A stretch of 64,000 nt of DNA, taken from NCBI RefSeq assembly GCF_001949145.1, contig NW_019091356.1:799660-863659 (forward strand), written 5' to 3'. A program made the position numbers and the translations under genes. Below, piece after piece: positions 61,720 to 64,000 of this stretch. The DNA is from Acanthaster planci. Taxonomy: Eukaryota. Numbering within the stretch: the first letter of the stretch is position 1; each line of letters opens with the position of its first letter. Under the pieces are notes generated by a model. The model was given only the letters and a program-made list of their open reading frames with translations, made no database searches and was not told the origin of the DNA.

Positions 61720-63904
61720 ATGGTGAGGTATTGAGATAAGTGGTCATGACACTCACTATGGACATGATGGATGGGTTTTCATTACTTCCCGAAATGTGAG
61801 GTACTACTCCGTAGACCTTACTTACCGAAGTGATCTTTATCATGGTTCCGCACGCTAAGGCATTTTGAAAGCTGCCCAGTTAGCCTACCAGATAACACGT
61901 CTGTTTGCGCTTGCTTAAATGAAAGCATATCTTCCCCTAACGACCCTATCAATAACATATGGAACTTCTGTTATTGATTGTATTTTGTAACGTTTAACCT
62001 AAATGTATATTAATATTAGCAAAAATGAGGTTCTTTCAACAACAATGCTTACCTCTCATGCATCCCTCGACAATCCGCACACATCTGCATAGTGTATTCT
62101 CTGTGACTGCACCTCATGTGATAATAACAGGCGCAGCGTATTCGTGTAATGAACATTTATGTTGCTTTGGATATCAGTTCCCATAATTGTGACGGAAACG
62201 GGTCAAGTGATCCCCCAAAATTGAAACTCTCAGTGGTCAAGTCGTCCCCTGGTCAAGTCGCCCCCCACTAGTTCTTACAAGTGTTGTCTGTGCATGTAAT
62301 TTTCCTTTTAGGTGCATCAACCATAGAAGAGAAAGAAAAACAAGACAGAGACACATACATGTAATCACAGTTGGCATTCGTTCTATGCAGCCAGCTAGCT
62401 GGTGGCTTTTGAAATCTACGGTGACCAAGATGTGCCATATATATTTATTAAAAGGGGATGACATGACTCGGGGATGACTTGACCAACATTCATTCCAACT
62501 ACTCCCGCTAAGATTATGCATATGTATAGAGACGTCTGGGAAATCTGTGGTCAGGGAACCACACTAGTCACGTCGCGGCTCGACCATTTTGGAAGCAGGA
62601 GGGAGGCAGCAATGTCAGGGTGCGCAATGTCAAGCTAGCTGTTTACACATGTTTTAATGTTTGATAAATACGTACTTCAGGGAGTGCTAATATTTTGTGA
62701 AGATAGTATGGTTGTGAAGTTGTGAGACGAATAAAGTTTCTTTTTTCCATGCAATTGGGGGATATATTTATTGTAAAATGGTCGAGCCAACCTTTAATTA
62801 GGCATGCATTTACAAATGTATAGGGGCTCTTGGCTATATGTCTGATTGCCTGTCTGTAGTTTTGATATCAGTTGATTGTTCAAGGTAGTGTTTGTGCCAC
62901 GTACCAATCAAGCCAGTGTTGTCAAATTGTACCCCTAGAAACTGTGGGATCATTGTCTGCTGCACCCCAGATCAGTTTACAGATTAACTGCTAATTATTT
63001 CACCAGTTCAACCAAATAATGTTCTTTTATCATGCCGATTACCATTTCTTTTTTCCATTCAGAGGTTTCGCTTTTGTGGAGGGCTAGACTGCCCAGATTG
63101 GGTGCTAGCAGAAATTAGCATCTTATCCAAAATTGTGAGTATGATTTCCTTGAGTTATAATGTCAGTCTGAGAGGTTCAGTTAAAATAAAAAAAAGTACA
63201 TTTTATATAATGTTTTAAAAATAATGCAATTGAAATTACGGCATAGTGTCAGGGCAGTTGGTAAGAAGTAAATTAGCAGTACAGCAGTCAATGTATCCAT
63301 GTTGCATATGGAAAGGACCATTCAAATTGTCTTGAAGTTTTGTACTCAAATTTGCCTTTAACTGAAGCAAGGACGTTCAAGTTGAAAATTTGTAAACTTA
63401 TCAAAATAGCCTTCAGGGTGTGCAAAAAGACATTCAAGTATGACTGTGTCTACTAAACCTTGGTTTTGAGATGATGGCCATCACTGCAATTCTTATTATA
63501 GAATTTTTGAATAAAAATTATTCTAGAATTCCTTATTTTAGGCAGCCTCTAACCATTAAAACATGTTTTCGGTATCTTCTGATTTGCAGACGTCAGTGAA
63601 GATGAAGTTACTGTGTGCACAAGTCATCAAGGATCTGCTTGGAGATTGCATCGATGTGAGTTGTTACCTTTTTCTGAGGAATGCTTGTGATTCTATTTTG
63701 ACCGACGAATTCTTAAGGTGTTGATCATTGTGAACATCCGTGACAATTCTATCCTAAAACACAAGTAATATCTTTAGATTTGTATCAAAAATTTGTAAGT
63801 GGACAATCCCCTCCTTGGTTCTTCAGTTCCAACCCTCATGTTGGTTTTTCTTTCATTCGTTCAGTATGAAAAAGTATACAAGCTCACAGCTGATGCAAAA
63901 TATG
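61720..63904 (+). CDS. COMMD4: COMM domain-containing protein 4, 5' part (runs past the window end)
   Basis: ATG-only first coding exon 61720-61722 (AAAAATG|GTGAGG), then 63063-63134, 63590-63655 and 63865-63904: [60 protein letters not shown]. Not in the ORF track because the exons are short. Confidence 0.92.
62235..62484. mobile_element. MITE-like element in COMMD4 intron 1
   Basis: GGTCAAGTCGTCCCCTGGTCAAGTCGCCCC ... GGGGATGACATGACTCGGGGATGACTTGACC. Confidence 0.6.
62577..62788. mobile_element. MITE-like element with a perfect 14-bp inverted repeat
   Basis: GGCTCGACCATTTT ... AAAATGGTCGAGCC. Confidence 0.5.
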
Positions 63905-64000
63905 GTGAGTCTCAGATTTGTTTTTCTGGAATAAAGTTATGAGTATTCTAGTAGTTTCTTGTATTCTGCGAGGTTTTTGTTCCTTATGAAATGATTTCAT

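Overview
Eukaryotic (animal) genomic DNA: AT-rich, intron-rich and gene-dense, with two assembly gaps. The gene and repeat content suggests an invertebrate deuterostome such as an echinoderm, but that is inference only. Genes reconstructed by hand from splice sites and translation, left to right: AGMO (-, 12 coding exons), GATAD1 (+), two tandem SLC25A39/40-family mitochondrial carriers (-), a MIF4G-domain gene (+), TTC23-like (-), a tRNA-Asn(GTT) beside a degenerate ATT-anticodon copy, an intronless three-Ig-domain membrane receptor (+), LACTB (-), RFK (+), MRPL9 (-) and the 5' part of COMMD4 (+). Most notable observations: (1) two AT-AC minor-spliceosome introns in TTC23; (2) a duplicated, diverged first coding exon of riboflavin kinase; (3) a tandem SLC25A39/40 paralog that has replaced the Cys-rich Fe-S-sensing loop and gained a long Ser/Arg-rich N-terminus; (4) a minisatellite built from a copied splice acceptor; (5) an intronless Ig receptor with tyrosine motifs; (6) many MITE, foldback and SINE insertions. 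No CRISPR or prokaryote-type system is present. Exon coordinates were read by eye and may be off by a few bases.
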